Below, one piece after another: positions 1-13,624 of a stretch of 64,000 bases of DNA. The stretch comes from Rhynchobatus australiae (Eukaryota): positions 46,475,316-46,539,315 of the forward strand of contig JAUZTB010000118.1 of NCBI GenBank assembly GCA_034780895.1, read 5' to 3'. Below the pieces are notes generated by a model. The model saw only the letters and a program-made list of their open reading frames with translations, was not told the origin of the DNA and searched no databases. The position numbers and the translations under genes are program-made. Within the stretch, counting starts at the first letter, position 1, and every line of letters starts with the position of its first letter.

Positions 1-475
1 GGTGGGGGGGGGGGGGGGGCCCCCGGGGGAGAGGTGGTGATGGAAAGATTCCTAACTTGACAACTTCTATTGCTTTTTTGGCTGTTGGATCTCCAGATGC
101 CTATCTATTGTAGCTCAAATGCTCCTTGGTCTGCCCCATCCTCCCCTTTTTATTGAAGGAGTGGGTGGGTCTAATCATGATGCTTCTTCATTTATGATGT
201 GGGACAAATTTTATGGAGACATTGATCGTCTGTTAATTTTGTTTCTGTACAAACTCCTCTGGCCCTGCAATCCTCTAAATTGCATTCTTCCACACATGCT
301 CCTTTTGCACTTCTTCCAGCAGGCTCCTGTTGAAAATAATTCCTTTGTCCATCTAGAAACTTTCAATCCTGTTTAATGTCAGATTTTTTTTCAAAAGTGG
401 ATCAGCAAGTTGCCATGGGTCACTTTAACCATGTACTCCCTAGTGCATGCACAGAACCCAACCACAACTTGCACA

Positions 476-709
476 TGATTTACCACAACTAGCACCACAA
501 AAGAGACAATGCTATCCAGAACCATCTGTGGCGTTCCCTTCCCACATTCTCTACAAAAATGTAATGGAGACTAAGCTAGAAGGTCAGGTGATAAAAAACT
601 TGGTTAGGGAGAGAGTTTAAAAATAGTACAGAATGTAGGAAGAGCACTCCACAGCTTGGTTCTAGATGGCCTTAAGTGTGTCTTTTGTGGTGCTAGTTGT
701 GGTAAATCA
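476..709. repeat. 33-bp inverted repeat with 168-bp spacer
   Basis: tgatttaccacaactagcaccacaaaagagaca (476-508) against the reverse complement of 677-709; 32/33 identical. Confidence 0.9.
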
Positions 710-819
710 ATGGAATTGGTTAGTTGCATCATTGAAGTGCTTGCCTGGACTGTGCATTAATCTCATCTTCTATCCTGCTGTTATAAGACTATTGAATGGT
801 TCCCTAGTACAATAAGGTG

Positions 820-1015
820 GACTCTTAACCTCCCAATCTACATTATTGTCTACCTGCACTGCACTTTCTCTGTAGCTCTAACACTTTATTCTGCATTCTG
901 TTATTTGACCTTGTATTACCTCAATGCACCATTATAATGAATTGATCTGTATGGATGGTATTTAAGACAAGTTTTTTACTGTACCTTGGTACATGTGACA
1001 ATGATAAGCCAATTT
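820..1015 (+). mobile_element. LINE 3'-tail fragment (L2/CR1 group)
   Basis: tgcactttctctgtagctctaacactttattctgcattctg...tttttactgtaccttggtacatgtgacaatgataagccaat; reverse copy at 26855-27045. Confidence 0.6.
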
Positions 1016-4000
1016 AGTAGTTTGATATAACTGTTATTTACTGGAGCTACTTCAGAGTTCAGTAAAGAATCAGCCATGTTAGTGTAGTTGTGTTTGGGAC
1101 AGTCTGTAGGTATGGCAAGATCCCTTCCCCAAAAGACAATGGGGCAGAATGTCTTTTTTTGGCTGATGGTTCTGTAGAAAACTTCCAGCTACCTTCACTG
1201 TGTGGTTGAGTTTATTCCTGATATCTCCACCTGCACCTTGCAACATGAAGTCTGGTGCTGATGCAGAAGTCCAAGGCATGATTATGTATGCTGAACCTAA
1301 TTCCTTTAACTTTATGTCAGCTATGGCTGGGGTATGTAGTGTAATCTATAAAGTCAATGACCTAGGTTGAAAATCATTACTGATAAAACATTTTTTTAAA
1401 ATATGTTTTATATTTCTAGCACTGAATGTGTTTGTGGGTAAGTTAGTTTTTTAAATTTAACAATTTAAATCCATTTGAGCTTTTTATAGATTGTCAGACA
1501 TTTAAAATGGTTCAAAGGCCTGTCAACGGCCCACTAAACTGGCTTGGAGTGGGCTTCAGGATCTGCGGTCTAAGGCTGAGATGCTGCTTGCAGACCACTC
1601 CACTTTGTGGGATGGCTGCAGCAGCAAGACTGCAAGCACTATGGAGCTGCAAAAGGTACAGCTGCAGTAAAACAAGGGTGGCAAGTGATGGGCTGGACTG
1701 AGGATGATCTGGTCCATTAATAATTAACCAGCTGGGTCATTACTTTGATGTCAGCTTTTGCAGACTAATTATANNNNNNNNNNNNNNNNNNNNNNNNNNN
1801 NNNNNNNNNNNNNNNNNNNNNNNNNNNNNNNNNNNNNNNNNNNNNNNNNNNNNNNNNNNNNNNNNNNNNNNNNCAGACTAATTATATTGGAGGTCTTTAT
1901 TCTCTGGTTTATCAGTTCAGGCTTTTGGTTAAGAGTTGAGTAACCAACAGCCCAAACACTACTACTAGCAGAAGTCAATTAAAAGTTGGGCACCTCTTCT
2001 TCAATAAATAATAATTGATATCATATAGACAAAATAGACTGCAGCTGGTGGTATTTGGAGCAATAAGCAATGCGCTGGAGGAACTCAGTGGGTTGTGCAG
2101 CATCTGTGGAGGGAAGCAATTGTTGACGTTTGATATTAGGTCAATTCTTAATGAGGGAGGTGCTGACAGTGGGAGAGAGTCGGATACCTCAATTAAACTA
2201 TTATTCTGTTGGACAGCAGAAAAAGCTTGATGGGTTTTATGGGCCATTCCTGTTTCTGCCTTTGAAAGGAAATTCAATATGAAAAAGTATAATGTGTGAA
2301 ACAAGTTTTATTTTCTTGGCATAGGATTAAATGGGCTGAGAGTATTTCTGGTTACTTTGGAGTTGTAGAAGTTATTTTTCACTTTTAGTTTCTATCTCAT
2401 TAAAATTCTTGACTAAGACCTGGACAGGGGGATTCTGTGACATTAGTATGTTTAATTTGGTGACTGTATCTTGACTTTTCTTGCTTTTCTATATGTTCAA
2501 AATGAATTTGTCTTGTGACTACTAAACCTTTCTGCTGTCAGGCTGAATGTCTTGCTTGATAATACCACAGATTGGCAATGTACAGTAGTTTATGCCCTTA
2601 ATCCTGATGTGATGTATCCACCTGCTTTTAGAAATATTTTCAGAAAGGCGAAATTGTTCACTTGCTGTCATTTGGGGAAGTTGGGGGTGGGGGGAAGAAT
2701 CAAAGAGATGGAGAATCTGTTTTGCTGGATGCCGGAAGTGGAAGTGTTACATGTAGTAACTTAAGCCATTGCTTTTTAACCCCTGCTGCTTTTATTTCAT
2801 TGGCTCACCTTGGAATATTCTGTAAATGGCTATTTGCTGAATACAATTAGATGATTTTCCAAGAAATGGGCAGTTCCTGATAAGGGAACATTGACAGAGT
2901 GATATAACAATATCTTTGATTTGGATGGCCTAGGANNNNNNNNNNNNNNNNNNNNNNNNNNNNNNNNNNNNNNNNNNNNNNNNNNNNNNNNNNNNNNNNN
3001 NNNNNNNNNNNNNNNNNNNNNNNNNNNNNNTTCATTCATTTTTCAGTGTATTGATGTTGCGGGAAAGGCTGTTCCTAATTGCCCCTGATACATTTCCAAG
3101 AGAGTATGCAAACAATTTTTTTTATTGTACTTCACTGTACTTGTGCACATGACAATAAACTTCAACTTGAAGGGACAGATGATGTTCCTTGGCATCTGCT
3201 GTTCTAGCCCCTGGTTATAAAAGATGTAGGCATGGGACCTGCTGTCAGAGTTACTTAAGTGAGTGACTACTGTGCTGGTAATGAAGGAAGTGAATGTTTA
3301 GGGTGAAGTATGGGGTGACATTTAAGTGCTTTGGCCTAGATAGTGTTGAGCTTCTTGAGAGATTTGAAGCTGCAGTAATCCAAGGAAGTGACAGTATTCC
3401 AGCATGCTTGTGCCTTGTAGTTGCGCATTGGGGTGTCAGGTGAGTCACTCATCATAGGATACCCAGCCTTTGATCTATTCTTATAGCCATGGTATTAGAG
3501 GGTGGGTAAGATGAGTTTCTGATTCCTGGTAATGTTGTTGATGGGGACTCGTGATTGTAATGCTATTGAAAAAGGTAGATAGTTGGCCTCTCTCTTGTTA
3601 GGAGATCACCATTGTAGCATGTATGTTACTTGCCACTTATCAGTGAATGCTGAATATTACCTAAATCATGCTGAATGCAGTCATGGGTTGCTTCATTTGC
3701 TGAAGAGTTGGGAATGGAGTTGAACATTGTACAATCATTGATGAACACTCCCACCTCACCTTATGATGATAGGGAGGATGTTAATGAAGCAGCTGAAGGT
3801 GGTTGGGCTAGGACACTATCCTGAGGAATTGGTGTCCTGGAAATAGGATGATTGATCATGAAATAACCACCTTTCTTTGTGTGCGGTGTGATTCCTTGAT
3901 GCCTATTGACTTCAGTTTTACCAGGATTTCTTGATGCCATAGTGGGTCAAATGCTTTCATGATGTTAAAGGTAATCACTTTCTCCTCGCCTCCTGTTTGG

Positions 4001-4079
4001 CCGATATTACCTGCATTTTGTGTCATATCCCTGTATTTTCAGTATCTCTATTTTCTTCAAGCTTTCCCTTCTGTCTCAC

Positions 4080-4850
4080 CACCTAAAGGATAACAGCCAT
4101 TCACTATTCCACTGCAACAGGCAGTACAGGAGGTGACAGACTGAGTGTTTAGAGTGGGATGAGGAATTAAAATGGTGGGCAATGGGAATCTCAAGGTGGC
4201 CCCCACAGAATGAACGCAAGTGTTCTGCAAAGCAATTGCCCAATCTGCGTATGGTTTCCACATTGTAGAGAGACTACATTGTGAATACTGAATGCAGTAC
4301 ACCAGATTGGAAGAAGTGCGAGGGAATTGCTACTTCACCTGGAAAGACTGTTTGAGTCCCTAAGATGGTGAAGAGGGAAGAGGTGAAGGGACAAGTGTTG
4401 CATCACGTGTGGTTGCAAGGGAAGGTATCATAAGAAGAGGGGTGGTTGGTGGGAATGGAAGACTTAGACCATGGAGACATGAAGGGAACTATCCCTGCAA
4501 AATACCACTAGGGGAGGAGAAGGGAAGATGTGATTATTGGTGGAATCTCTTTGGTGTTGGAAACTTCAGAGAATGATCTGTTAAATGTGCAGGCTGGTGA
4601 GGTCGAAGGTGAGGACCAGGAGCTCTTTCATTGTTCTGTCCCAGAGGAGAGGGGTTGAGAGCAGAAATGCGGAAAATAGATGAGATGCAGTAAAGGACTT
4701 TGTGGAGGGGAAGCCACGGTTCAGAAAGAATGCATTTCAGAGGCACCTGTATGGAAAATCTCATCGTCTGAGCAAATGAATAGAGATGCAGGAACTGGGA
4801 GAATGGAATAAAGACCTTGCAGGAGTCAGGGTGGGACAAAGAGTAGTTGC
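4080..4850 (-). mobile_element. Decayed Penelope-like element (linker plus GIY-YIG endonuclease remnant)
   Basis: Frame-broken peptides SHPDSCKVFIPFSQFL and ETIRRLGNCFAEHLRS...PIAHHFNSSSHS resemble the vertebrate Penelope-like C-terminal region. Confidence 0.7.
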
Positions 4851-6194
4851 AATAGTTGGGATTTTACTCTTTTAAACGGGCTCTGTGGATTATAACTGTC
4901 GTGGAACAGAATTGTGCATTTGTATCAACATTGCTGCTCTAAGTGAGGTAATATTCTTAAACTGGAGGAGGTGACCTGAACTGTTGCCTGTTGGATGAAT
5001 GTTTGAGCAGCAGGATTCATCCAGTATACTACTTGAGCACCATCTGTGTAGAGGATTACATGGATTAATTTGTTGAAGTTGTGGATTTGCTCTGCCTGGT
5101 GATGAGTGACTTGACATGGGAAAAAGTGGATTTCAATCTTTTGTCAATGCTAGTGTTCCATTATGGTTTGCAAATTGGCACTTTATTAGCTTTATTACTG
5201 ATTTTCAAAATCGTACTTCTGATTCCTTTCTCACGACTGCTAAACTATAAGTTTTGAATGTAGGTCAATTCTAGGATTATCAGTTGTCCCTTGAAGTGGC
5301 ACATTTTGAAAATGCAACTTGTTTTCCTGACTTGTCTGAGAATTGTTCTGGCCCAAATTGGTATTTCCTGTGATTGAATTCGTGTTTGAAATGCTAATCT
5401 AGTGTATTGCATCTGCTACAGAAACCAAGAATGCATTGTTCTTGTCAAAGCCAAGGTGTCAGTTGCACTTTGTGGTGATATGATACTTTTGCATAGTGGC
5501 ATTGGATTTAACAACCTGAGGTTTTCAAATCCCATTACAGCTGCTTATGAAATTGAATTCAATCAATCTGGTATTTTGGCATCACACAAATGACCAAAAT
5601 TTTTAATATGTAACTGGTTCACTAATATTATTCAAGATCAGAACGTACCATTCCCTGAAGGGTATAGTCTGTTTAGTCAGCTGGGACTCGTGCCGATGGG
5701 CCTATTTCTGTGCTATATCTCTATGACTCTGATACAAATACATCGCAGACTCTGAGGCACAGCATGGGAACTTTAATCCAATAATGTGCAGCAAACTCTG
5801 TGTCCTCCAAAGAGTAGTAGCAAGCTGCTTGATGTATAAATGAGGAAATGTTGCATGGAATGATTGGCAATAAATCAAACTTTAAATCAGGATGGCTCTG
5901 ACCCTGCAAATCCTTCTTGACAACATTTGGGGAATGGTGCCCAAGTAGAAGGAGCAGTACCTAAGATTAGTTAAACAATTGCTTAATTTAACTTGGTTGT
6001 AACCTGGTTGTGTCCCCCCCAAGATAAATTAATCAAAATTGGGATTCTACTGGATGAATGATACTTTGGAAGTACAACTGATTCTCACTTTGGGTTAATC
6101 CTCCAAGTCTGTGCTAACCATCTTTTGAAACCAATAATGTCTCTCAAGTGCCATTGCTGACTGAAGTGGCTGGATCCTGAAGGACATAACTGCT

Positions 6195-6985
6195 AGACTG
6201 GACCAAAAAAAACAAACTGCTGAAGGAAGTGAGTGAGTCAAGCAGCATCTGTGGAGGCAAAGGCATAGTTGATGTTTCGAGCTGAGACCCTGCATCAGGA
6301 CTGAGTGTAGAGGGAAGATAGCCGATTATATGCAAGTGAAAGCAAGGGGTGAGTCAGAGGCTGGTAGGTCTTAGGTGGAACCAGATTAGGGGATGGGGTA
6401 TGGTAGGTAGGTGGAGCCAGATGGGGGAGGAGGGACTGCTGAGACAGAGACTGGAAGATAATAGGTGGAAACAGACAAGAGAGAGATGATGGGCTGATGA
6501 AATTAGGTAGGGAATGGGATAGGAAAGGTGAACAAAGGGAAAAGAAACCCAGGTGGATAGCTGTGTAGGTGATGGGCAGATGGAATCACAGGTCATGGGG
6601 GGTGGGGGGGGAATGGAAAAGGTAAACAAAGGAATAGACCCTGGGTGAACTGATGGGGGTGGGAAACAAACAGGGAGTGGGTTGCCTGAAACAGGAAAAT
6701 TCAGTGTTCATATCATTGAGTTGTAGGCTTACCAAGTGGCAAATGAGGTGCTGTTCTAGTTTGCACTTGGTTTCACTGTGGCAGTGGAGAAAGCTGAGGA
6801 CAAACAGGATGAGGTATGGGAAAGGGAACAGCAATGAAAATGACATGCAACTGGAAGCTCAAGATGGGCGGAGCGTGGTGCTCTGCAAAAATGGTTACTG
6901 AGTCTACCCTTGGTCTTGATGCAGAGGAGGCCACATTTGAGCTCCGAATGCAATAGACCAGGCTGGAGGAGGTGCACATGCATTT
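6195..6985 (-). mobile_element. Penelope-like element 3' part (GIY-YIG remnant plus terminal repeat)
   Basis: CTSSSLVYCIRS / KCGLLCIKTKGRLSNHF / LPVACHF / LHCHSETKCKLEQHLICHLVSLQLNDMNTEFSCFR, then a pyrimidine-rich spacer and the terminal motif (ctgatgcagggtctcagctcgaaac...gatgctgcttgac). Confidence 0.75.
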
Positions 6986-7109
6986 TTTCAGACTAATCCC
7001 ACTTTCCTACTCTGGTCCATTGTGGGAGCAACATAACTTCTATAATTTGTAATTAATAAAAGCCCTCTAGCACTATCACTTTGGGACAAAAAAGGTGGAC
7101 CTTGTCTGA

Positions 7110-7214
7110 CACGAGACTGCAGCTGCTGGAAATCTCAAACAACACAAACGATGCTGGAGGAACTCAGCAGGTCAGATGCAGCCTGACCCACTGAGTTCTT
7201 CCAGCATTGTGTGC
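7110..7214. mobile_element. Short foldback Penelope-terminus insertion with 14-bp TSD
   Basis: Inverted arms 7151-7175 and 7183-7207; direct repeat tggaccttgtctga at 7096-7109 and 7215-7228. Confidence 0.7.
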
Positions 7215-10200
7215 TGGACCTTGTCTGAATTGCCCACTTGTACAAGTATGCTTTAAAGTACTTCCTTTAATCCTCTCAACTTTCCTTGGAAACGGTGTGG
7301 AATGGTGGAAAGGTTCTGAGACTGATTAACAGTTTAAGTCTCTGACAAGAATGCTCCTTCCACAACCGGAAACATCCTTGTGATCCAGTGAGTCCTAAGA
7401 GCAGAAGTGTTTCATGATGCATGTGATAAGGGAGCTGGGGCTGATGGTGGTGTTTGGATGGGTGTGATTGGTGATGCACATGTCAGATCAGGAGATCTGA
7501 ATTCCTTACACTGGACTTGCACCTTTTGGTTCTGGGGGGGAAAGGAATGATAAAAGTTGACTCAGTGATATTGAGCTGGAGGTAGTGTGTAAATACACTT
7601 CATTCTGTTTTTTGTAAGAATTAATCTGCAGTGAAACATGAATCATTTATTTTTGAATAACTCCAGCTACATTAATGTGTGTTGTGGAAGCACCATGTTA
7701 GAGCTAGAACTGTATTTTCCATTATTGCTCCAATTGACCTATAATGCATTGAGAAGAGTTGTGTAAGTGCCACAAATTGGTTTTCCAGAAAATTTTGGAA
7801 TATGTACAAGTACACTTGTGCATATTATAAGTAATGATCAGTAGCTTCTGAAAGGCTTTTTTATATTTGAACCAATGATAATGTTNNNNNNNNNNNNNNN
7901 NNNNNNNNNNNNNNNNNNNNNNNNNNNNNNNNNNNNNNNNNNNNNNNNNGTTATTTTTCCCTAGCCCTTTCCCATTACGCAGTAACACATTCTCTTTTGA
8001 ATACTTTGGTTTACTTGGCAATGCATGACCAGACTGAGGAAAGGTTTGAAAACATTAATAGAGAAATGTAATGTAGGTAAAGGCTTAATCAGGTGGGCCA
8101 TAGTTGATGTGTTTGGGATTGAACACATTAATCACGAGCTGCACTGACAGTGTGCTAATTTTCTAAGTCATTTCATAGAATGTTTGTATTACCTAAATGG
8201 CATGGATCTTGGTCCCTTTTATTCATTTTCTTTTGTGTTTGTTCAGGATGGAGGATGACTTGCTTGCACAACATTTCTGTGGATTGTGAGATGATGAGGC
8301 AATAAGAGCTGTATACTCTACTACAGATGGTGCAGGAGGTGTCTGCCCAGACTGGTGACTGGGTAATCTGAAGTGTGCTGCTTTAGCTATTTGCATTGGA
8401 CTTCTGTGAAATCAAGGTTGTCAGGTCATCTTTAATGCTCATGGGTCCAGTATTCCAAAGATTCAGTGCAAATGATATTTTTTCAAGGAGGCTTTAAGAA
8501 CATAATATTTTCCTTTGTCCACCTGGTGATCTCTCCATGTGACAGAGCTCTGAATAGATACTGTATATGGGGAAGTTTATCTTCCCTAAAAGGTGCTGAG
8601 GAACTAGTTGCATTTTCACAACTTTTGATTCCCATCCATAACTTTCAATATTCGTATCCACTAATTTCTATGCTGAGAATTTTAGGGAGATAAGTGGTCT
8701 TGGTTTAATGGGTTGTACAAGAGAAAGCACCTCCTGACAGTGGAGTATTGCACTGAAGTGTCAGCTTGGATCCTGTATTCAAATCTCTGCAGTAGGGTTT
8801 AGAACCTAAAATTGTGCCTTCGATGACTAAATCATCTTCAACGCTGATACTTCTGCATTTATAGCACACCTCTAACACAATTAAGATATCCCTAGATGTC
8901 AGACCAGACACTAACACCATGCCTAAGGAAGTATAGAAATCACAAGTGCCCTGTGATTAGTTTTCCAATGTTAAAAACCCTATAGTGGTATTTGTGGCCA
9001 GGGACCAAAGTTTTTTGACTCTGACAAAAATAGTATTTGACTAATTTAATGTTGAGGAGCAGCATCTGAATGAGAATAAAGGGGGTGAAGAATAGATCCA
9101 TGGTTGATCCAGCAGTATTGGTCTGGAAACTGTGCCACATTCTCACTTGCTTCTGTACCTTGCACTCTTTTTTTGATCTGTGTACTTTCATTTTCTGTGT
9201 TGTAATCTCTGTTCAGTTGTATGGAGCTCCACCTAGTGGCTTGACTATTTATTCTTAAATGTATGGCTGGGAAGGCTAGCCAGCATTTGACGGCCATCAG
9301 TAATTGGCCAAGAAAATACAGTTGGTGGGCCACCTTCTTGAACCATTGCAGTTCTTGTGGTAAAATACTTCAGCAATCGAGGTTTCCACTGCATGTCACT
9401 GGGTGGAAAAACTGCAAATACCATCTGGGGTGTGGCTGAAGTGTCTGGCATTCATATTTGGAACTTGGCTTTTTATTCTGTTCTTCTAGAAATTGAACGT
9501 GAGCAGGTGGAGATGTTAACATTTGGTTAGTATGGAGGCTCACATGCAATTGGATATACTGGGGGGAAAAAAACAGCATTCCACCAGGTGAGGGTCCGCT
9601 TCAGGCAATCTGATGTCAAGACCAATCTTGCTCTTGTTGAACATTAACTCTACCAAGCAGGAGATTTCCTTAGGTATGGTGTAGATTTTTGGTCTGACAT
9701 CTTGGAATATTTTATTATGTTAGTGTCCTTTAAATGCAACTTGTTTATTTTATTGAGGAAACTATTCAGTGAGTGTTTGATGTCGGTATTGTGTATTCTG
9801 TAGCAATTCACAGTGCTATAACTTTGTGTTCACCAACTGATTCAGTATTTGCCTTCAGGAAACGATTATATTGTTATGCAATTGATTTTTTTATATAAAG
9901 TTGAGATGAAACAAATATTTTGACTGCGTACAAAACATTTCACGCATAAAGCCTCAAAGGTGTTCTAGGAAACTTGACAGTGACAGGATTGGCCTTCATT
10001 TACTTGAGTAATGTGTTTGGTTAACAAATTGCGCAGTTAACTTGGAATTCTTTACATTACTGTTCAAATCTCATGGCCTTTAAAACCAGATAAGGGATGA
10101 TGCCTTTNNNNNNNNNNNNNNNNNNNNNNNNNNNNNNNNNNNNNNNNNNNNNNNNNNNNNNNNNNNNNNNNNNNNNNNNNNNNNNNNNNNNNNNNNNNNN

Positions 10201-10939
10201 NNNNNNNGAGTCCTTGTTAACTGCATTAACACATCCTCTACATTTTATTGTCACAGTTTATTTGAATTAAGCAACTGTGAAATAAAATAGACTCAAATGG
10301 ACTTGTGTTAGAACAGTCTGTTGGGGTACTCATGTACCACTTTTAAACAGCCCTCCATTGCTTCTGGGCAGTACTGATTGAACTTGCCAGGAATTGCTCT
10401 TGCATCCTATGGTTCTCTTTTTAAACCTTTCCTGAAATACTCTTAGTCAGTGAGAACCGTGACCAGTTTTAGAATTGGAGGTACAGATAAGAGTTGAAGA
10501 TTTCTGTAGTTAATTTGACCTCATAATTCAGTTCTCTGCTCCTGAAAATTTGTATCTGATTTTTCTCTTAAGTTATTCTGGAATTTTGGCAGGAGATCCA
10601 GAGAGTAGGATGAAGCAATAAAGAAGAATGTTTAACAAATGTCAGATGAATGGGACAAGTGTCGGGTAGAAAGTTCGGTGGGGGGAGGGTGTACCGATAC
10701 TAATCCAGAAACTTGACAATGATTACATAATTGGATGGATTTATACATGAAGTTTGGCAAAGGCTTTACATGAGTACATACTTTACTAAGGAAAATATAA
10801 TGCTAGGATTAGTAAGAGGAAGTATATCAGATACTGGAAAAACTTAACATTTGCTGAAGAGTGCAAACTAGAAAAGTCAGTGTGGATAAATCGTCAGTTC
10901 CAAATGCAATGTATCGTATGTTGCTGAAGGAGGTGAAGG

Positions 10940-12560
10940 TCAAATTCTGTACCTACTAGCCAACTGCCATTGGCTACACTAGGGGTGCCAAAGGACTAGA
11001 GAATGGCAAATGTTACTTTTTTATTTTTAAAAAAAGGATCAAATGATAAATCCAGAAACTACAGCTGTTACCCTCTGATGTGAAGCTGCTAGAAATGATA
11101 TTAAGTGAAGCAGTTAATTATAATTTGGACAAGTATAGATGAATAAAGGAGATGTGATATGGGTTTATTGAAGCAAATCATACTTAAATAGCTTGGGGTT
11201 TTTGAGGTGAAAAATAGGCTTGATGGGGCATTGTGGTGATGTGCAAATATATTGCAAGAGTATTTGATAAGTTGCACATAATAGTTTTTGCTGATAAAGC
11301 TATGGAATAAAAGGGATAGTGACACAATAGATTGTTTTCAGCAAACAACTGATGAATGGTGGCTTTTGCAACCTGGAGGCAGGGATCAGTTCTCAGACCA
11401 CTGTTTTCCTTGCAAATTTTGAAGTCAATAATATACAAATGATACAAAACTTAGTGATATATTCAAGAGGACAATAAACAGCAGGTGGAATGGGGAGATG
11501 CCTGGGAGATTTTTAGGAAGGACAAGTTAAGGAAACATTTCTGAGTCTTGCAACTTATTGGAGGAAATAAAACAAAAAATCTCCTGGTTCTGCATATGGT
11601 ATTGACAGTTTCATTTGTGTTGCTTTTCCTAAATTCTGGAGCAGATTAGAAGGTAGCAAATGTAGCACTGGTATTTTGGGAAGGAGAGCAAAAAGAAATA
11701 GACTGGTGAGCTGGCATTTTAACATCAAAATATTACAATGGATCATTAAGGGCATAGTTTTAGGGCAAGAAAATTGAAGTGATTTGTAAAACAAGTCAAA
11801 CTGGTTTTATGAAGAGGAAACTTGCAGTTAAATGTTAAGAATTTAACTGGCAGAGTGGAGAGCAAGTGAATCAGTTCTAAGATCCTTAAATAGCTAGCCC
11901 TGAGAAACTTCTCCCAATTCTAGACACTCCAGCTGGAGGAAACCAGTCTCAACGTTTACTCTGTCAATGCCCCTCAGAATCTTGTAGGTCTTTTAGATTA
12001 CCCATTATTTTTCCAAATTCCTAGTCCTATATCTTCGAAAAATATTTGATACTATGCTTCATAGCAGTCTTTTGCAGAAAATAAAGAATTGTGCTGTTTT
12101 CATAACATTTTACCACTGATTACAGGACGAGGGAGTTTGTCTCTTGAGGAAAAATTGTGAGATTGACCTATGGTTACCAGAATTTGGAAGAAAGAGGGGT
12201 AATCTTTGTGGGCCAAAGGGCCTGAATTGTGCCGTAGTTTTTCTATGTTCTATCTAAAAACCGTACAAGATTCTGAGGGGCACTGACAGGGTAAAAGTTG
12301 AGACTTGTTTCCTCCAGCTGGAGTGTCTAGAATTGAAAGATGTTTCTCAGGGCTAGTTATTTAAGGCTTTTGGAATTGATCTCAGAAGGCCATGGATGGT
12401 TAGACTTCAAATACATGGATGGTTAGACTTCAAATACATTCAAGTCTAAGATCAGTGAAGTTTTGGACTGGTGAACAGGGCAGAAAGACTAGCTTGCAGC
12501 ATGGGATCATCTGTGATGTTATTGAAGGTCTGAGGGGCAGAGAGGCCACTTCTGGTGTTC
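10940..12560 (+). mobile_element. Highly decayed CR1-like LINE fragments
   Basis: RT remnants (ggcaaatgttac...tttaaaaaaagg...ccagaaactacag; agggatcagttctcagacc) and 3'-end remnants. Confidence 0.55.
12391..12439. repeat. 23-bp tandem duplication
   Basis: catggatggttagacttcaaata twice, inside a decayed CR1. Confidence 0.9.
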
Positions 12561-12949
12561 ATTGTGTTGTGCTTCTGAGAGGAGCACTAAATATTGTCCA
12601 CCTGTCAATTGCAAATTTTAAAATGGAAGAATAAGATTTTCCAAATGGGATAAACCATTTGCATTTATAGAGCACTGTTTAAATGTAAAACATTTTTCAG
12701 TTTTGAGGTGTACATCAATTTTAATAAAGGGATGGAGCTGAAGTTTTTGTTTTGAGACTAAATATCAAAAGATGAAGAAGTTGAAAGCTGGGTATGTTTT
12801 TGATGGGGATTCCAGTAGTACATGCCTCTGCCACAAGGTGGTGCTCTTTTGGAGTAAGTGGCAATGTTGGCTTGAATGGCTTTAAGTGCACCCACCTCTC
12901 CACCCTCCCCTTTCCTCTCAATCTTCTCGTGAATACACTTACTGATATA

Positions 12950-13216
12950 CAAGACATTTATTAGCCACATATACATCGAAACAGTGAAATGCGTCTTTTT
13001 GCTTTACTGAGAATGTGCTAGGGCCAGCCCGCATGTGTCGCCGCTCTTCTGGCACCAACATAGCATGCCCACTGCTCCTAACCTGTATGTCTTTGGAATG
13101 TCGGAGGAAACCCATGCAGATACATGGGGAGAATGTACTAACTTCTTACAGCAATGGGAATAGAACCCGGGTCACTGGCACTGTAATAGTGTTACGCTGA
13201 CCTCTACACCACCGTG
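12950..13216 (-). mobile_element. V-SINE copy
   Basis: Same family, more diverged, with an internal deletion in the V core. Confidence 0.8.
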
Positions 13217-13624
13217 AGTTACAGTGGTCAATTAAGATAGAAATTTCATCTTCAGCTTCGTCTTGAATTCTGCTGTAGTGCACTTCCTTGGGTAGTTAGC
13301 ATTTTTCCAACCAGTTTATTGGTGTTCTTTATTCCCACATCTTGTGTCAACAGCAGTGGTTTGCCTTGATCATTTATTTGCCTTTTTTTGTTGGTGGGGT
13401 TGTAACACGTGATGGGAAAGCCATTTGTAGTGCTACAATATACTTTTGACGGTGTGAAAAATCTATTGAATTGGGAGCATTCAGTTTGAGCTCTTGGTCT
13501 TGCTCTTTCATTCAGTTAGATCTTGGCTGCATTTCTGCAACACCTTTCCGGCCTAATTTCCATATTCTTTGATTCCCTTAGTTCCCTAGCCACTACTTTG
13601 AATATGCTCAATGGCCAAATCCCT

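Noticed and set aside
7151-7207. Conserved pre-miRNA
   Set aside because: The hairpin is explained by two opposed copies of an abundant repeat between TSDs, and I recognise no known miRNA.
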